From Solirubrobacteraceae bacterium (GTDB lineage: Bacteria > Actinomycetota > Thermoleophilia > Solirubrobacterales > Solirubrobacteraceae), in the NCBI GenBank assembly GCA_017882445.1, contig JADGPK010000009.1, positions 9,309 to 73,308 of the forward strand: a stretch of 64,000 nucleotides of DNA, written 5' to 3'. Positions within the stretch are counted from its first letter, which is position 1; each line of letters opens with the position of its first letter. Positions 1-9,568 of this stretch are shown here, piece after piece. Below the pieces are notes generated by a model. It saw only the letters and a list, made by a program, of their open reading frames with translations, did not search any database and was not told where the DNA came from. The position numbers and the translations under genes are program-made.

Positions 1-643
1 CGACGGCCGCGACAAGCGGCACGATCACGATTCCGGCCGTGTACTTGCTCGCGCAGGCCAGGCCCAGCCCGACGCCCGCGATCAGATGGTCGCGGGCCCG
101 CCCCTTGCGCAGTACGCCCGCGGTCCCGAGCAGCGACAGCGTCAGCGGCGCCAGGGTGGGCACGTCGTTGAGCGCGAGGTGAGCGTAGAAGACCGGTAGG
201 AACGCCACCGCCTCGATCGCCGCCGCGAGCACGGCGACGCCGCGGCCGAACAGCCGGGCACCCGTCAGGTATAGGAGCCACAGCGCGAGCGTCCCGAGCA
301 CCGCGGCGGCGACCCGAGCGAGCGTGTACACCTCCGCGGGGTGCAGTTCGAACGCCCTGCGCACGCCGCCGCCGCCGTAGGCGACGGCGAACAGGTAGTG
401 CAGCAGGTAGGTGAAGGCCGGCGGGTTGGCGAAGTAGTGGGGGTCCAGGCCGGTCGCGAACATGTGCACGGCCTTGGGCACGAAATGGCTGCCCTCGTCG
501 AGGTTGTAGGCATACGGCAGCCCCTGCCGAACGCCCCATAGGCGCAGCCCCAGGCCACCGAGGAGCACCACGGCGAGCGCCGGCCAGGCCCACCGGCGGC
601 CGCTTGCGCGGGCCCCGCTCGACCCCGGCTCAGCAGTTTGCAT
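1..643 (-). CDS. Membrane glycosyltransferase, GT-C / PMT-ArnT-like (GT39-like); 3' end runs off the window
   Basis: Translated by hand from ATG at 643: MQTAEPG...LGLRLWGVRQGLPYAYNLDEGSHF...PPAFTY...LALNDVP...ACASKYTAG. TM helix followed by a DE motif, a P-P-x-F-T-Y loop and a K-Y motif, typical of PMT_2-like proteins. Start overlaps the stop of the upstream gene. Not in the ORF track because it is truncated. Confidence 0.7.
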   Translation of the reverse strand, partial: MQTAEPGSSGARASGRRWAWPALAVVLLGGLGLRLWGVRQGLPYAYNLDEGSHFVPKAVHMFATGLDPHYFANPPAFTYLLHYLFAVAYGGGGVRRAFELHPAEVYTLARVAAAVLGTLALWLLYLTGARLFGRGVAVLAAAIEAVAFLPVFYAHLALNDVPTLAPLTLSLLGTAGVLRKGRARDHLIAGVGLGLACASKYTAGIVIVPLVAAV

Positions 644-2147
644 ACACCGCGTAGTAACGGCTCGTGTAGATGCGCGTGAACCCGGCGAGCGGCACCTGGT
701 CGCGCGGATCGTCGCCGACGTCGACGAGCGCCTCGATGAACACGGCGCCGCCGAGCGGATAGACAGCCACGCTTCCGCGCGCGATCCGGTGCTCGAGCGT
801 GTGCGAGCCCTTGCCGACGTCGGCACGGGCCTGGCTGCGCGCCACGATGTCGTGCTGTCCGACGGTGTCGAGGATCCAGCGCGCATCGGGAATCAGCTTG
901 TTGTTCGGGAGCGAGACGAGCGGGCAGCGCCGCATCTGCGCCTTCACCCGCGCGTCCGCCAGGGCGAGCGAGAGGCCCTTGTGGAAGTCCTCGTGATAGG
1001 CGAGCGTGGTGCTCAGGTTGGAGAGGTTCAAAGTGGTGGCCGCGGAGGTCGCGCCGTAGGCGACGAGCGCGGTGGCGCCCACAATCCACGCACGGCGAAG
1101 CTTGGAGCGCGGCTCGAGCATCGCCCATCCGCCGAGCGCCACTGCGCAGAACAGCAGCAGTACCGTCGCCCCGCCGAGCAGGTAGCGGTCGATCACCGAG
1201 GCGCCCACCGCGCCCTCGACGACGAACACGCCGAACAGCAGGGCCAACGCGGCCAGCGGAACGAGCACCCTGCGCGGCGCCATCCAGATGGCCGCCGGCA
1301 GGCCGACGAGCGCCCCGAGGATCACAGCGATCTTGTCGATCCGATCGGTAAACGTCCACATCGATGAGACCACGCTCGAGAGCCCCTGCGTGCGTTCGAG
1401 TTCCTGTGCGAGCCCGGCGGTGGCAGTCAATGAATGGAGCGGATTGCCGGTCACCACCGCGTCCACCGACGCCCACAGCACCGGTGCGATCGCCGCGATC
1501 GCGAGGTACTGCAGCCGCGTCCTGTTGTCCGCCCGCCAGGAGCACCACAGCCAGTAGACGCCGCTGAGCACCCAAGCGTCGGGGCGCAGCAGCCCGGCGG
1601 CCGCCAGCATCAAGAGGACGGGGGTCCCCCGCCGCCGGCGTTCGACCTCCAGCACGATCGCCCACACGATCAGTGCGAGATAGGAGATGTCCAGGTAGCC
1701 CTGCGCGGCGAGGTTCTCGACGAAGAACCGGCTCAGCAAGAGCAACGCCGCGACGAGCCCCACGACCGGACCGAAGCACAGGCGGCCGAGCCTGTACATC
1801 CCGGCGACGGCCGCGACGAACGAGGCGATCGAGCCGAGCACCATCAGCCGGGCGCCACCCTGCCCGAAGATCGAGCAGAACATCCCGAAGGCGATCGCAA
1901 GGGGGTGCTCGGTGGGACCACGGTAGACCCTGAAATCCGGCAGGTGCAGGTGCAGCAGGTCCCGACCCCACAGAAGCGCGTAGAACGAGTCGTAGGTGGG
2001 GTATGTCGGGAAGGCGAAGTAGCCGAACAGCGCTCCCGCGCACATCGCCGCGAGTCCGATGCGCGCCCACGTGGGAGCGCGCACGGCACGCAGCCGCGCC
2101 AGCCGGGTCGAGCCCGGGCTCAGCCGGGTGAGCGTCGCGCTTTCCAT
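630..2147 (-). CDS. Polytopic membrane protein, probable GT-C-fold glycosyltransferase
   Basis: 505 aa with many hydrophobic segments. First loop carries YDS...HPL, later LLRPDAW and DRYLL motifs. Translationally coupled to the downstream GT-C gene. Confidence 0.55.
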   Translation of the reverse strand: MESATLTRLSPGSTRLARLRAVRAPTWARIGLAAMCAGALFGYFAFPTYPTYDSFYALLWGRDLLHLHLPDFRVYRGPTEHPLAIAFGMFCSIFGQGGARLMVLGSIASFVAAVAGMYRLGRLCFGPVVGLVAALLLLSRFFVENLAAQGYLDISYLALIVWAIVLEVERRRRGTPVLLMLAAAGLLRPDAWVLSGVYWLWCSWRADNRTRLQYLAIAAIAPVLWASVDAVVTGNPLHSLTATAGLAQELERTQGLSSVVSSMWTFTDRIDKIAVILGALVGLPAAIWMAPRRVLVPLAALALLFGVFVVEGAVGASVIDRYLLGGATVLLLFCAVALGGWAMLEPRSKLRRAWIVGATALVAYGATSAATTLNLSNLSTTLAYHEDFHKGLSLALADARVKAQMRRCPLVSLPNNKLIPDARWILDTVGQHDIVARSQARADVGKGSHTLEHRIARGSVAVYPLGGAVFIEALVDVGDDPRDQVPLAGFTRIYTSRYYAVYANC

Positions 2148-2286
2148 CTAGCCTTGGAGTATCGAGCCCCGGCGGGTGGGTGGGCTCGATACCTGGCGCC
2201 GGGCGGGCGGGCTCAACACTTGGCGCCAAGACCGTGACCTGCGCTTTGGGATACTGACGGGGGCCAAGTCTAGGCAATCGTCTCCA

Positions 2287-3384
2287 ATGAAGCTCATCAT
2301 CCAGATCCCCTGCTTCAACGAGGCAGCCCAGTTGCCGCAGACGCTCGCGGACCTTCCGCGCGAGGTGGACGGCTTCGACGTCGTCGAGTGGCTCGTGATC
2401 GACGACGGCTCGACCGACGAGACGATCGCTGTCGCGCGCGAGCTGGGCGTCGATCACCTGGTGCGGCTGACCAACAACAAGGGCCTCGCGGCGGGCTTCC
2501 AGGCCGGTGTCGACACGGCGCTGAAGCTCGGCGCCGATGTGATCGTAAACACGGACGCCGACAACCAGTACTACGGCCCGGACGTCTCCAGGCTCGTGCT
2601 CCCGATCCTCGAGGGACGGGCCGACATGGTGGTCGGAGACCGGGAGGTGGGCGGCATCGAGCACTTCTCGCCGCAGAAGAAGGCGTTGCAGAGGCTCGGC
2701 TCGTGGGTGGTGCGCCAGGCCTCCTCGACATCGGTGTCCGACACCACTTCCGGCTTCCGCGCCTACAACCGCGAGGCAGCGATCCAGATGATGGTCGTAT
2801 CGAGGTTCACCTACACGCTCGAGACGATCATCCAGGCGGGCAAGCTGCTCGTGGCGATCGACCACGTCCCCGTGCGCACCAACCCGCAGACGCGCGAGTC
2901 GCGCCTGTTCCCCTCGATGGGCTCCTACGTGCGCCGCAACGCGGTCTCGATCTTCCGCATCTACGCCCAATACGAGCCGCTGCGCGTGTTCTGGAGCCTC
3001 GCCGCGGTGATCGGAATCGTCTCGGTCGGAGTGTGGATCCGCTTCGCGGTCGCCTACACCGAAGGCAGCGGCAAGGGTCACGTGCAGTCGCTGATCCTCG
3101 GCGCGGTTCTCTTCATCGCCGCGGTCGTGCTGTGGGCGCTGGGGGTGATCGGCGACCTGCTGGCGGCGCAGCGCGTGATGACGCAGCGGACGTTCGAGCG
3201 GGTGAGAAGGATCGAGCTGCAACTGGACGTGGCGCCCTCCCACTACGAACCCGGCGCACCGTCGAAACCTGGTGCGCCGTCCGGCTCACTGCCACAACCG
3301 CCCGGCGACGGCGGCGCGCTCGCAGGCAGCGCTCAGGCGACGAAGTCGCCGGCGGAGCGCCAGGACGAGGCGGTGCGACTGTGA
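2287..3384 (+). CDS. Glycosyltransferase family 2, polyprenol-phosphate sugar synthase-like, with two C-terminal TM helices
   Basis: MKLIIQIPCFNEA, IDDGSTD, NKGLA, DADNQY, DTTSGFRAY motifs; ATG at 2287 within ORF 2176..3384. Confidence 0.85.
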   Translation: MKLIIQIPCFNEAAQLPQTLADLPREVDGFDVVEWLVIDDGSTDETIAVARELGVDHLVRLTNNKGLAAGFQAGVDTALKLGADVIVNTDADNQYYGPDVSRLVLPILEGRADMVVGDREVGGIEHFSPQKKALQRLGSWVVRQASSTSVSDTTSGFRAYNREAAIQMMVVSRFTYTLETIIQAGKLLVAIDHVPVRTNPQTRESRLFPSMGSYVRRNAVSIFRIYAQYEPLRVFWSLAAVIGIVSVGVWIRFAVAYTEGSGKGHVQSLILGAVLFIAAVVLWALGVIGDLLAAQRVMTQRTFERVRRIELQLDVAPSHYEPGAPSKPGAPSGSLPQPPGDGGALAGSAQATKSPAERQDEAVRL

Positions 3385-4022
3385 GCGGGGTCACAGTTTC
3401 CAGCGACGGCGTCGTCACCGGCAACACCTACGACAAGTACGGCTCGAGGAACCCGGTGGTCCGTCGTCTGATGGCCGGCTTCGAACGCACCCTGGACGAG
3501 CTCTTCGAGCTGGCCGCCCCCACCTCGGTGCTGGACGTCGGCTGCGGCGAGGGCGTGCTCGTCCACCACTGGGCCAAGCGCCTGGGGACGGGGCGGGTGG
3601 TCGGCATCGACCTCGAGGAGCAGTCGATCCAGGCGGGCTGGGCCGAGCACCAGGCGCCGAACCTCGAGTACCGCGTGATGGAGGCCGGCCGCGCCGAGGA
3701 GGCCGAGAACCTGCCCTTCGCCGATGGGGAGTTCGATCTGGCGAGCGCCATCGAGGTGCTCGAGCACGTGCCAGACCCCGAGCACACCCTCGGCGAGATG
3801 GCTCGCTGTGCCGAGCGCCACCTGCTCGTGTCGGTGCCCCGCGAGCCGCTGTGGCGGATGCTAAACATGGCGCGCGGCGCCTACTGGCCGGCGCTGGGCA
3901 ACACTCCGGGCCACCTCAACCACTGGACCACGCGATCGTTCGTCAAGCTGCTCTCGCGCCACGGCGAGGTCGTCGAGGTTTGTTCGCCGTTCCCCTGGAC
4001 GATGTTGCTTGTCCGCCTCTAG
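3381..4022 (+). CDS. Class I SAM-dependent methyltransferase
   Basis: VLDVGCGEG, LPFADGEFD, EVLEHVPDP motifs; GTG at 3381 overlaps the TGA of the GT2 gene (GTGA). Confidence 0.85.
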   Translation: MSGVTVSSDGVVTGNTYDKYGSRNPVVRRLMAGFERTLDELFELAAPTSVLDVGCGEGVLVHHWAKRLGTGRVVGIDLEEQSIQAGWAEHQAPNLEYRVMEAGRAEEAENLPFADGEFDLASAIEVLEHVPDPEHTLGEMARCAERHLLVSVPREPLWRMLNMARGAYWPALGNTPGHLNHWTTRSFVKLLSRHGEVVEVCSPFPWTMLLVRL

Positions 4023-5394
4023 GGTCTCCCCCGGCCGCCCGACGCGCTCATACGGCAGCGGCGCCCGGATCCTCTCGATCGGGATCGCCTCGACCGGCCT
4101 GCTGACGTTCGCCTACTTCTCGCTGGCGAGCCACGTGCTCAATCCGGTTCAGGCCAAGCGCATCGACCTGCTGTGGTCGGTCATGTTCGTGACGATCTCG
4201 GTCATCTACCGGCCGATCGAACAGCTGCTCTCGCGCACGATCGCCGAGCGCCGGGCGCGCGGGCACACCGAGCATTCGATGCGCGTGCCGATCGCGATCC
4301 AGCTCGGCTTCGCTCTCGTCTTCCTGCTGCTGGCGGTCGCGCTGCGCGGTGAGCTGGTCAGACACGTCTTCGATCGCTACGGCGGCCTCTACGACGTGCT
4401 CGTCGTGGGCACGGTCGCCTATGCGGCCAGCTACTTCGCGCGCGGATGGCTGGCCGGGCACCAGTACTTCGCGCTGTACGGCGGCCTGGTCCTGATGGAG
4501 GCGGTTTCGCGCGTGTGCTTCGTCCTGGCGGTGGTGGCGGGCATCGCACACGGCCAGCTCGCCGTCGCGCTCGGGATCGCCGCGGCGCCGTTCGTGTCGC
4601 TGCTGGTCGTGCCCTGGGCGTTCTCCCGCCGCAGCGCCGAGCGAGGAGGCGCCGCGCAGGACGCCCATGGCGCCCCGGAGATCGAAGACGTGGACGCGGC
4701 GCTCGCCGGTCCCGGCGCCGAGGGCATCCAGGAGGCGGTCGCGGCCGAGGAGCTCTCCCTGCAGCGCGGCTCGAACTTCGCGCTGGTGGTCTCGGGCATC
4801 ATGGTCGCCGAGCAGGTCCTGCTCAACGCGGCGGTGCTGACGGTCGACTCGACGTCCGCCGATCACGCGCTCGCCGGCGTCGTCTTCAACGTGCTGCTGA
4901 TCGCGCGCGCTCCGCTGCAGCTCTTCCAGGCGATCCAGACCTCGCTGCTGCCGCATCTGACGGGCCTGGAGGCGACCGAGGGTCACGATGCGTTCGCCCG
5001 TGCGATCCGCATCACCGTGCTGGCGATCGGAGGCTTCGCGCTCTCCGTGTCGCTCGGACTGCTCGCGATCGGGCCGTTCGTGATGAGCCACCTGTTCGGT
5101 CAGCTGTTTCCCTACAACCGCTTCGGCCTGGCGGTCATCGGGCTCGGCATGGGCTTCCACCTCGCTTCTGGAGCGCTCAACCAGGCGGCGTTGGCGCGCG
5201 ACCACGCCCGCGCGGCGGCCGCATGCTGGTTGATCTCAGCGCTTGCATTCGTCCTGTGGATGTTGAGTCCCGTCGTGCACGGTCAGGTGTGGCGCACCGA
5301 GATCGGCTACGCGGGCGCCACCGCCCTGCTCGCGCTGATGCTCGCTGTGCTCTACCGCCGCGGCAGCTCGACGCGCCTTGCGCCGGCGGCGTAG
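4009..5394 (+). CDS. Polysaccharide/oligosaccharide flippase-like (Wzx/MOP-type) membrane protein
   Basis: 461 aa with about 12 hydrophobic segments, ARAPLQLFQAIQTSLLP motif and glycosyltransferase context; start uncertain. Confidence 0.6.
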   Translation: MSASRVSPGRPTRSYGSGARILSIGIASTGLLTFAYFSLASHVLNPVQAKRIDLLWSVMFVTISVIYRPIEQLLSRTIAERRARGHTEHSMRVPIAIQLGFALVFLLLAVALRGELVRHVFDRYGGLYDVLVVGTVAYAASYFARGWLAGHQYFALYGGLVLMEAVSRVCFVLAVVAGIAHGQLAVALGIAAAPFVSLLVVPWAFSRRSAERGGAAQDAHGAPEIEDVDAALAGPGAEGIQEAVAAEELSLQRGSNFALVVSGIMVAEQVLLNAAVLTVDSTSADHALAGVVFNVLLIARAPLQLFQAIQTSLLPHLTGLEATEGHDAFARAIRITVLAIGGFALSVSLGLLAIGPFVMSHLFGQLFPYNRFGLAVIGLGMGFHLASGALNQAALARDHARAAAACWLISALAFVLWMLSPVVHGQVWRTEIGYAGATALLALMLAVLYRRGSSTRLAPAA

Positions 5395-6102
5395 CTACTC
5401 GGCGTCCACCGACCGGGCTATCTCCAGGTAGGCCTCGCCGGGGTCCGCCGAGTGGAAGACCGCGGAGCCCGCCACGAACAGGCTCGCGCCCGCCTGAAGG
5501 CACCCGGGCGCCGTCTGGGCGTCGATGCCCCCGTCCACCTCGACCCCTACGCCCTCGCCGACGAGCGCGCGCAGGCGGGGGAGCTTCGCAAGCGAATGGG
5601 CGATGAACGGCTGGCCGCCCCAGCCTGGGTTCACGGTCATGCACAGCGCCACGTCGAGGATGTCGGCCACCTCGGCGAGCGCCCCGACGGGCGTGCCCGG
5701 ATTGATGGCCACGCCGACGCAGGCTCCGCTCTCACGGATCAGGTTCGCGGTGTAGGCCACGTGCGGCGTGGCCTCGGCGTGGAAGGTGATCGAGTGTGCT
5801 CCCGCAGCCGCGAACGCGCTCACCTGCCGCTCGGGCCGCTCGATCATCAGGTGGACCTCGAGCGCCCCGCCCGCGTCGCGCACCAACTCCGACAGCGCCT
5901 CCACGATCAGCGGGCCGACCGTGATCGGAGGGACGAAATGCCCGTCCATGACGTCGACGTGGATCACGCGCGCGCCGGCCTGCAGGACCTCTGCGACCTG
6001 CTCGCGCAGGCGACCGAAGTCCGCCGAGAGGATCGACGGGGCGACGCGAACGCCGCCCAGCAGCTCGCGCGGCGCCGATCCAGCGCCGGCATGCGTGCTC
6101 AT
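5395..6102 (-). CDS. rpe: Ribulose-phosphate 3-epimerase
   Basis: VAPSILSADF, HVDVMDGHFVP, VNPGWGGQ, EVDGGI motifs; ATG at 6102 overlaps the stop of the zinc-ribbon gene. Confidence 0.95.
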   Translation of the reverse strand: MSTHAGAGSAPRELLGGVRVAPSILSADFGRLREQVAEVLQAGARVIHVDVMDGHFVPPITVGPLIVEALSELVRDAGGALEVHLMIERPERQVSAFAAAGAHSITFHAEATPHVAYTANLIRESGACVGVAINPGTPVGALAEVADILDVALCMTVNPGWGGQPFIAHSLAKLPRLRALVGEGVGVEVDGGIDAQTAPGCLQAGASLFVAGSAVFHSADPGEAYLEIARSVDAE

Positions 6103-6347
6103 ACGGCCTGGAGCATCGAGTCGCCGCAGCTGTTGCACTTCAGAATCGCGGTCGAGGACATCCTCACGATCGTGGAGTGCTCCCCGCAGTTGGGGCACAC
6201 CGAGGTGAGCTCGAAGCGATGCAGGCAATAGACGCAGCGGTAGCGGCCCGCGAGGCTGGTGGGACGCAGCCACGGCTCGCCGCAGTTCGGGCATTGCGGC
6301 CCGAGATCTATCGGCGTTCCGGCGTGGGCGCCTGGCTCGCCGTCCAC
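6099..6347 (-). CDS. Small protein with four CxxC motifs (double zinc-ribbon-like), function unknown
   Basis: 82 aa: CPNC, CVYC, CPNC, CNSC. Fills the gap between rsmB and rpe exactly, with ATGA overlap into rpe. Confidence 0.7.
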   Translation of the reverse strand: MDGEPGAHAGTPIDLGPQCPNCGEPWLRPTSLAGRYRCVYCLHRFELTSVCPNCGEHSTIVRMSSTAILKCNSCGDSMLQAV

Positions 6348-6350
6348 CGT

Positions 6351-7715
6351 TCAGCTCCTGCGCAGCCTGGCGATGAAGAAACCGGCGGTGTGGTCGCGGT
6401 GCGGGAGCGTCAGCAGCAGCCCGCCCGGCACCGCGGCCGAACGGTCGCCCAAAACAGCCGACATGCCGTAGGCGGGTAGCTCTGCGGCGAGATCGTCGAG
6501 ACCGAAGGCGGGGTGGGAATCCAGGAAGGCGGCGATCAGGCGCTCATTCTCAATTGGGGAGATCGTGCAGGTAGAGTAGACAAGCACGCCCCCCGGACGG
6601 AGGGCGCCGGCGCCGGCGGCGAGGATGCTGGCCTGCGTGCGCGACATCTCCCCGATCGCCTCCGGTGACACGCGCCAGCGCAGATCGGGCCGCGCCTGGA
6701 GCGTGCCGAGCCCGGAGCAGGGCGGATCGACCAGGACGCGGTCGAAGACCGGCCCCTCGGGCCTCGCAAGCGCGGCGTCGGCGATCTCGACGCGGACATT
6801 GACCGCACCGAGCCGCTGCGCGGTCCGCGCAAGGGCTCCTGCTCGGCGCCGGTTCTGCTCGACCGCGAGCACCTCGCCGTCGCCCTGCATCAGCGCCGCC
6901 AGGTGGGTGCTCTTCCCGCCCGGGGCCGCGCACAGGTCGAGGACCCGCTCGCCGGGGCGCGGAGCCAGGACACGAGCGACGAGCATCGCGCCGCGCGACT
7001 GCGCCAGGAACGCGCCCGCGCTCCACAGTGGCGAGGAGTGGACGTCGAAGGGCTCCTCGACGACGAGCGCCTCGGGTATGTGAGGGTCCAGGTGCGTGCG
7101 CACCGGCAGCTGCTCCGCCAGCGTGGAAGCGTCTGTGCGAAGGGTGTTAGCCCGCAGCGCGAGCTCTCCCGCCTCGTTGTCGCAGGCCATCAGCGCACGC
7201 GCGCCGTCCGCGCCGAGCTCCTGCCACCACAGCCGCGCGATCCACTCGGGGTGAGAGTGCATCACGGCGGCCTGCTCGGGCGTGGCGTCGCTCAGCGCGC
7301 CCAGCAGCGCGGCAGGCCCCTCGCGCGCCGCCCGGCGCAGCACCGCGTTGACGAGACCGTGTCCCGCGCGGGCGCCGCCCTTTGCCAGCTCGACCGCGTC
7401 GGCGACGACGGCATAGTCGGGCGCACCGCGCAGGTAGAGCAGCTCGTACATCCCGAGCCTCAGCGCGGCGAGCAGGGGAGCATCCAGACGCTCGACTGCG
7501 CGTCCGGCGAGCTGCTCGATCAGGCGATCGAGTGTCCCGGAGCGTTGGATCGAGCCGTACGTCAGGCGCATCGCGAGCGCCCGGTCGCGCTGATCCAGAT
7601 CTCTGGACTCGGCCTGGAGGGCCTCGTCGGCGTAGGCGCCGCGCTCGAACACCCGACGCAGCACCGTGTAGGCACAGCTGCGGGCAGGGGCGATCGTGGC
7701 GGCGGAGGATGCCAT
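6351..7715 (-). CDS. rsmB: 16S rRNA m5C967 methyltransferase (Sun/RsmB)
   Basis: NusB-like N-terminus (GLVNAVLR), VLDLCAAPGGKS, VLVDPPCSGLG, LVYSTCTI, GFFIARL. Confidence 0.93.
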   Translation of the reverse strand: MASSAATIAPARSCAYTVLRRVFERGAYADEALQAESRDLDQRDRALAMRLTYGSIQRSGTLDRLIEQLAGRAVERLDAPLLAALRLGMYELLYLRGAPDYAVVADAVELAKGGARAGHGLVNAVLRRAAREGPAALLGALSDATPEQAAVMHSHPEWIARLWWQELGADGARALMACDNEAGELALRANTLRTDASTLAEQLPVRTHLDPHIPEALVVEEPFDVHSSPLWSAGAFLAQSRGAMLVARVLAPRPGERVLDLCAAPGGKSTHLAALMQGDGEVLAVEQNRRRAGALARTAQRLGAVNVRVEIADAALARPEGPVFDRVLVDPPCSGLGTLQARPDLRWRVSPEAIGEMSRTQASILAAGAGALRPGGVLVYSTCTISPIENERLIAAFLDSHPAFGLDDLAAELPAYGMSAVLGDRSAAVPGGLLLTLPHRDHTAGFFIARLRRS

Positions 7716-7805
7716 CTCAAGGCATCATCGGCTATCCACTGCCAACAGAGCTGCCCGGTTGGAGAATCGCAGCCAGATCGCCGGCCAGCAGCTCGGCGTG
7801 TCCGC

Positions 7806-8801
7806 CTACAGGCGCCCCGGCATGCCGTGACCGCGCAGATACGCCGCGGCCTCCATGGCGCGCGCTCCGGGCGGCTGCACCACCAGCAGCTCCAGGACGC
7901 CGGGGCTGCAGGCGAGCAGCAGGCGCCCGTCGCGCACGAGCACGCCCGATCTGAGCCCCATCTCCCCCGCGTCGCCGCCCGAGGCCGCGGATTCCAGGCC
8001 GGCGGGGATCTGCTCTGAGAGCGTCGCACGATGGACGCCGATCAGCGTGCCGTCCACCAGGGCGGCCCGCGCCCCGATGTGTGGATGCAGCGCCCGCACG
8101 ACCCGCTCCAGCTCGATCGCAGGCCGTCTCGGGTCCAGCAGACGATCGGCCGCGGTGATCTTCTCGGCGTAGGTGGCGTAGTCCTCCTCCTGCTCGACGA
8201 ACGGCGGCGAGCGCGTCAGCGCGTCCACGATCAGCTCGCCGCCTAGCTCCTGCAGCCTCTCGGCGAGCGTCGCGTAGGTGTCCGTCGCGCTGATCGGCTC
8301 GGCGGCGGTGAGGCAGACGGGACCGCTGTCGAGTCCCGCCGTCAACCGCATGATCGACACCCCCGTCTGCGCGTCGCCCGCCATGATCGCCCGCTCGATC
8401 GGTGCGGCTCCTCGCCAGCGCGGCAGCAGCGACGGGTGCACGTTCAGCATCTCGTGTTCTGAGAGGAGCGGCTCGCGCACGAGCGCACCGAACGCGCACA
8501 CGACGACCCTCTGACGGCCCGCTCCCCCGCCGGCCGCCGCGCCCCCAGCGTCGCCGTCTCCGCGCCCCGCCTGCGCGATCGCCGCCCTGGCGTCTGGGTC
8601 GTTGACGCTCTCGGGCTGCTCGAGCGCGATGCCGAGCTCACGGGCGCGCTCGGCGACCGGCGGCGCGGTCAGCCGGCGCCCGCGCCCGCTGGGGCGGTCG
8701 GGGCGGGTGACGACGAGCGCCGGGCGGTGCTCATCGCTCAGCGCGAGACGCTCGAGGATCGCCGCGGCGAACTCCGATGTGCCCAGGAAGACGATGCTCA
8801 A
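7806..8801 (-). CDS. fmt: Methionyl-tRNA formyltransferase
   Basis: IVFLGTSEFA, VVTRPDRPSGRG, NVHPSLLPRWRGAAPI, GLDSGP; TTG start at 8801 inferred. Confidence 0.93.
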   Translation of the reverse strand: MSIVFLGTSEFAAAILERLALSDEHRPALVVTRPDRPSGRGRRLTAPPVAERARELGIALEQPESVNDPDARAAIAQAGRGDGDAGGAAAGGGAGRQRVVVCAFGALVREPLLSEHEMLNVHPSLLPRWRGAAPIERAIMAGDAQTGVSIMRLTAGLDSGPVCLTAAEPISATDTYATLAERLQELGGELIVDALTRSPPFVEQEEDYATYAEKITAADRLLDPRRPAIELERVVRALHPHIGARAALVDGTLIGVHRATLSEQIPAGLESAASGGDAGEMGLRSGVLVRDGRLLLACSPGVLELLVVQPPGARAMEAAAYLRGHGMPGRL

Positions 8802-8824
8802 GGTGCCACTGCCCGCGATGTGCG

Positions 8825-9511
8825 CTAAGCGCTCGCGGCCGCCTGTGCCTCGCGCATCGCGCGCATCGCCTCCTTGCGCGCGCCCCTGGAGATGCGATCG
8901 AGGATCAGGATGCCGTCGAGGTGGTCGATCTCGTGCTGGATCACCCGCGCCTCCAGGCCCTCCGCCTCGATCTCGAGCTCCGCCCCCGTCTGATCCTGGG
9001 CGCGCACGCGCACCCGAGCCGGGCGCTCGACCTCGACGTGCACGCCGGGCAGGCTGAGACAGCCCTCTTCGGAGATCTCCAGCTCGTCGCTCGTCCATGT
9101 CAACGTCGGGTTCACCAGCGCCGTGAGGGGGTCCTCCTCGTAGGCGCGGTAGACGAGCACGCGATGCAGCACGCCCACCTGGTTGGCCGCCAGCCCGACG
9201 CCGAGGGCGTCGTGCATCAGCTCGCCCATCCGCTCGATCTCTGCGGCCAGCGCCGCGTCGAAGCGATCGACGGGGAGAGCGGTCGACCGCAGCACGGGGT
9301 CGCCCAGCTTGCGCACGTGGCGCAGCGCCGCATCGCGGCGGGCGCGGGTCTCGGGATCGAGCTCGGCGACCGCGGGAACGTGCTCGAGTGCCTCGGGGTC
9401 CTCCCCTTCCACGCCCGGCGCGTGCCCGAGCGCCTCGACCTCGACGTCGTCGCGTTCGGCGCTCGCAACCGGAGCGGTCGTCCCGTGGGCTGTGCGCTGC
9501 TGCTCGGCCAT
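8825..9511 (-). CDS. def: Peptide deformylase with an acidic N-terminal extension
   Basis: GVGLAANQVG, EGCLSLP, QHEIDHLDG motifs. Confidence 0.95.
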   Translation of the reverse strand: MAEQQRTAHGTTAPVASAERDDVEVEALGHAPGVEGEDPEALEHVPAVAELDPETRARRDAALRHVRKLGDPVLRSTALPVDRFDAALAAEIERMGELMHDALGVGLAANQVGVLHRVLVYRAYEEDPLTALVNPTLTWTSDELEISEEGCLSLPGVHVEVERPARVRVRAQDQTGAELEIEAEGLEARVIQHEIDHLDGILILDRISRGARKEAMRAMREAQAAASA

Positions 9512-9568
9512 CGAGCCCTTGAGTTTACGAGCGCCGGCGCGGGCGTGTGGCTTTGCGGGAGCTGCGGC

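Noticed and set aside
265..3243. 992-aa minus-strand ORF and many other long overlapping ORFs (e.g. 9866..11512, 32573..34558, 44744..46399, 58996..60630)
   Set aside because: Shadow frames of real genes in high-GC DNA: Arg/Ala/Gly/Pro-rich, no motifs, and fully overlapping well-supported CDSs.
7716..7805. Possible structured RNA between fmt and rsmB (ggct/agcc, ccaac/gttgg stems)
   Set aside because: Stems are short and imperfect, and no known motif is recognisable; not distinguishable from chance at this GC content.
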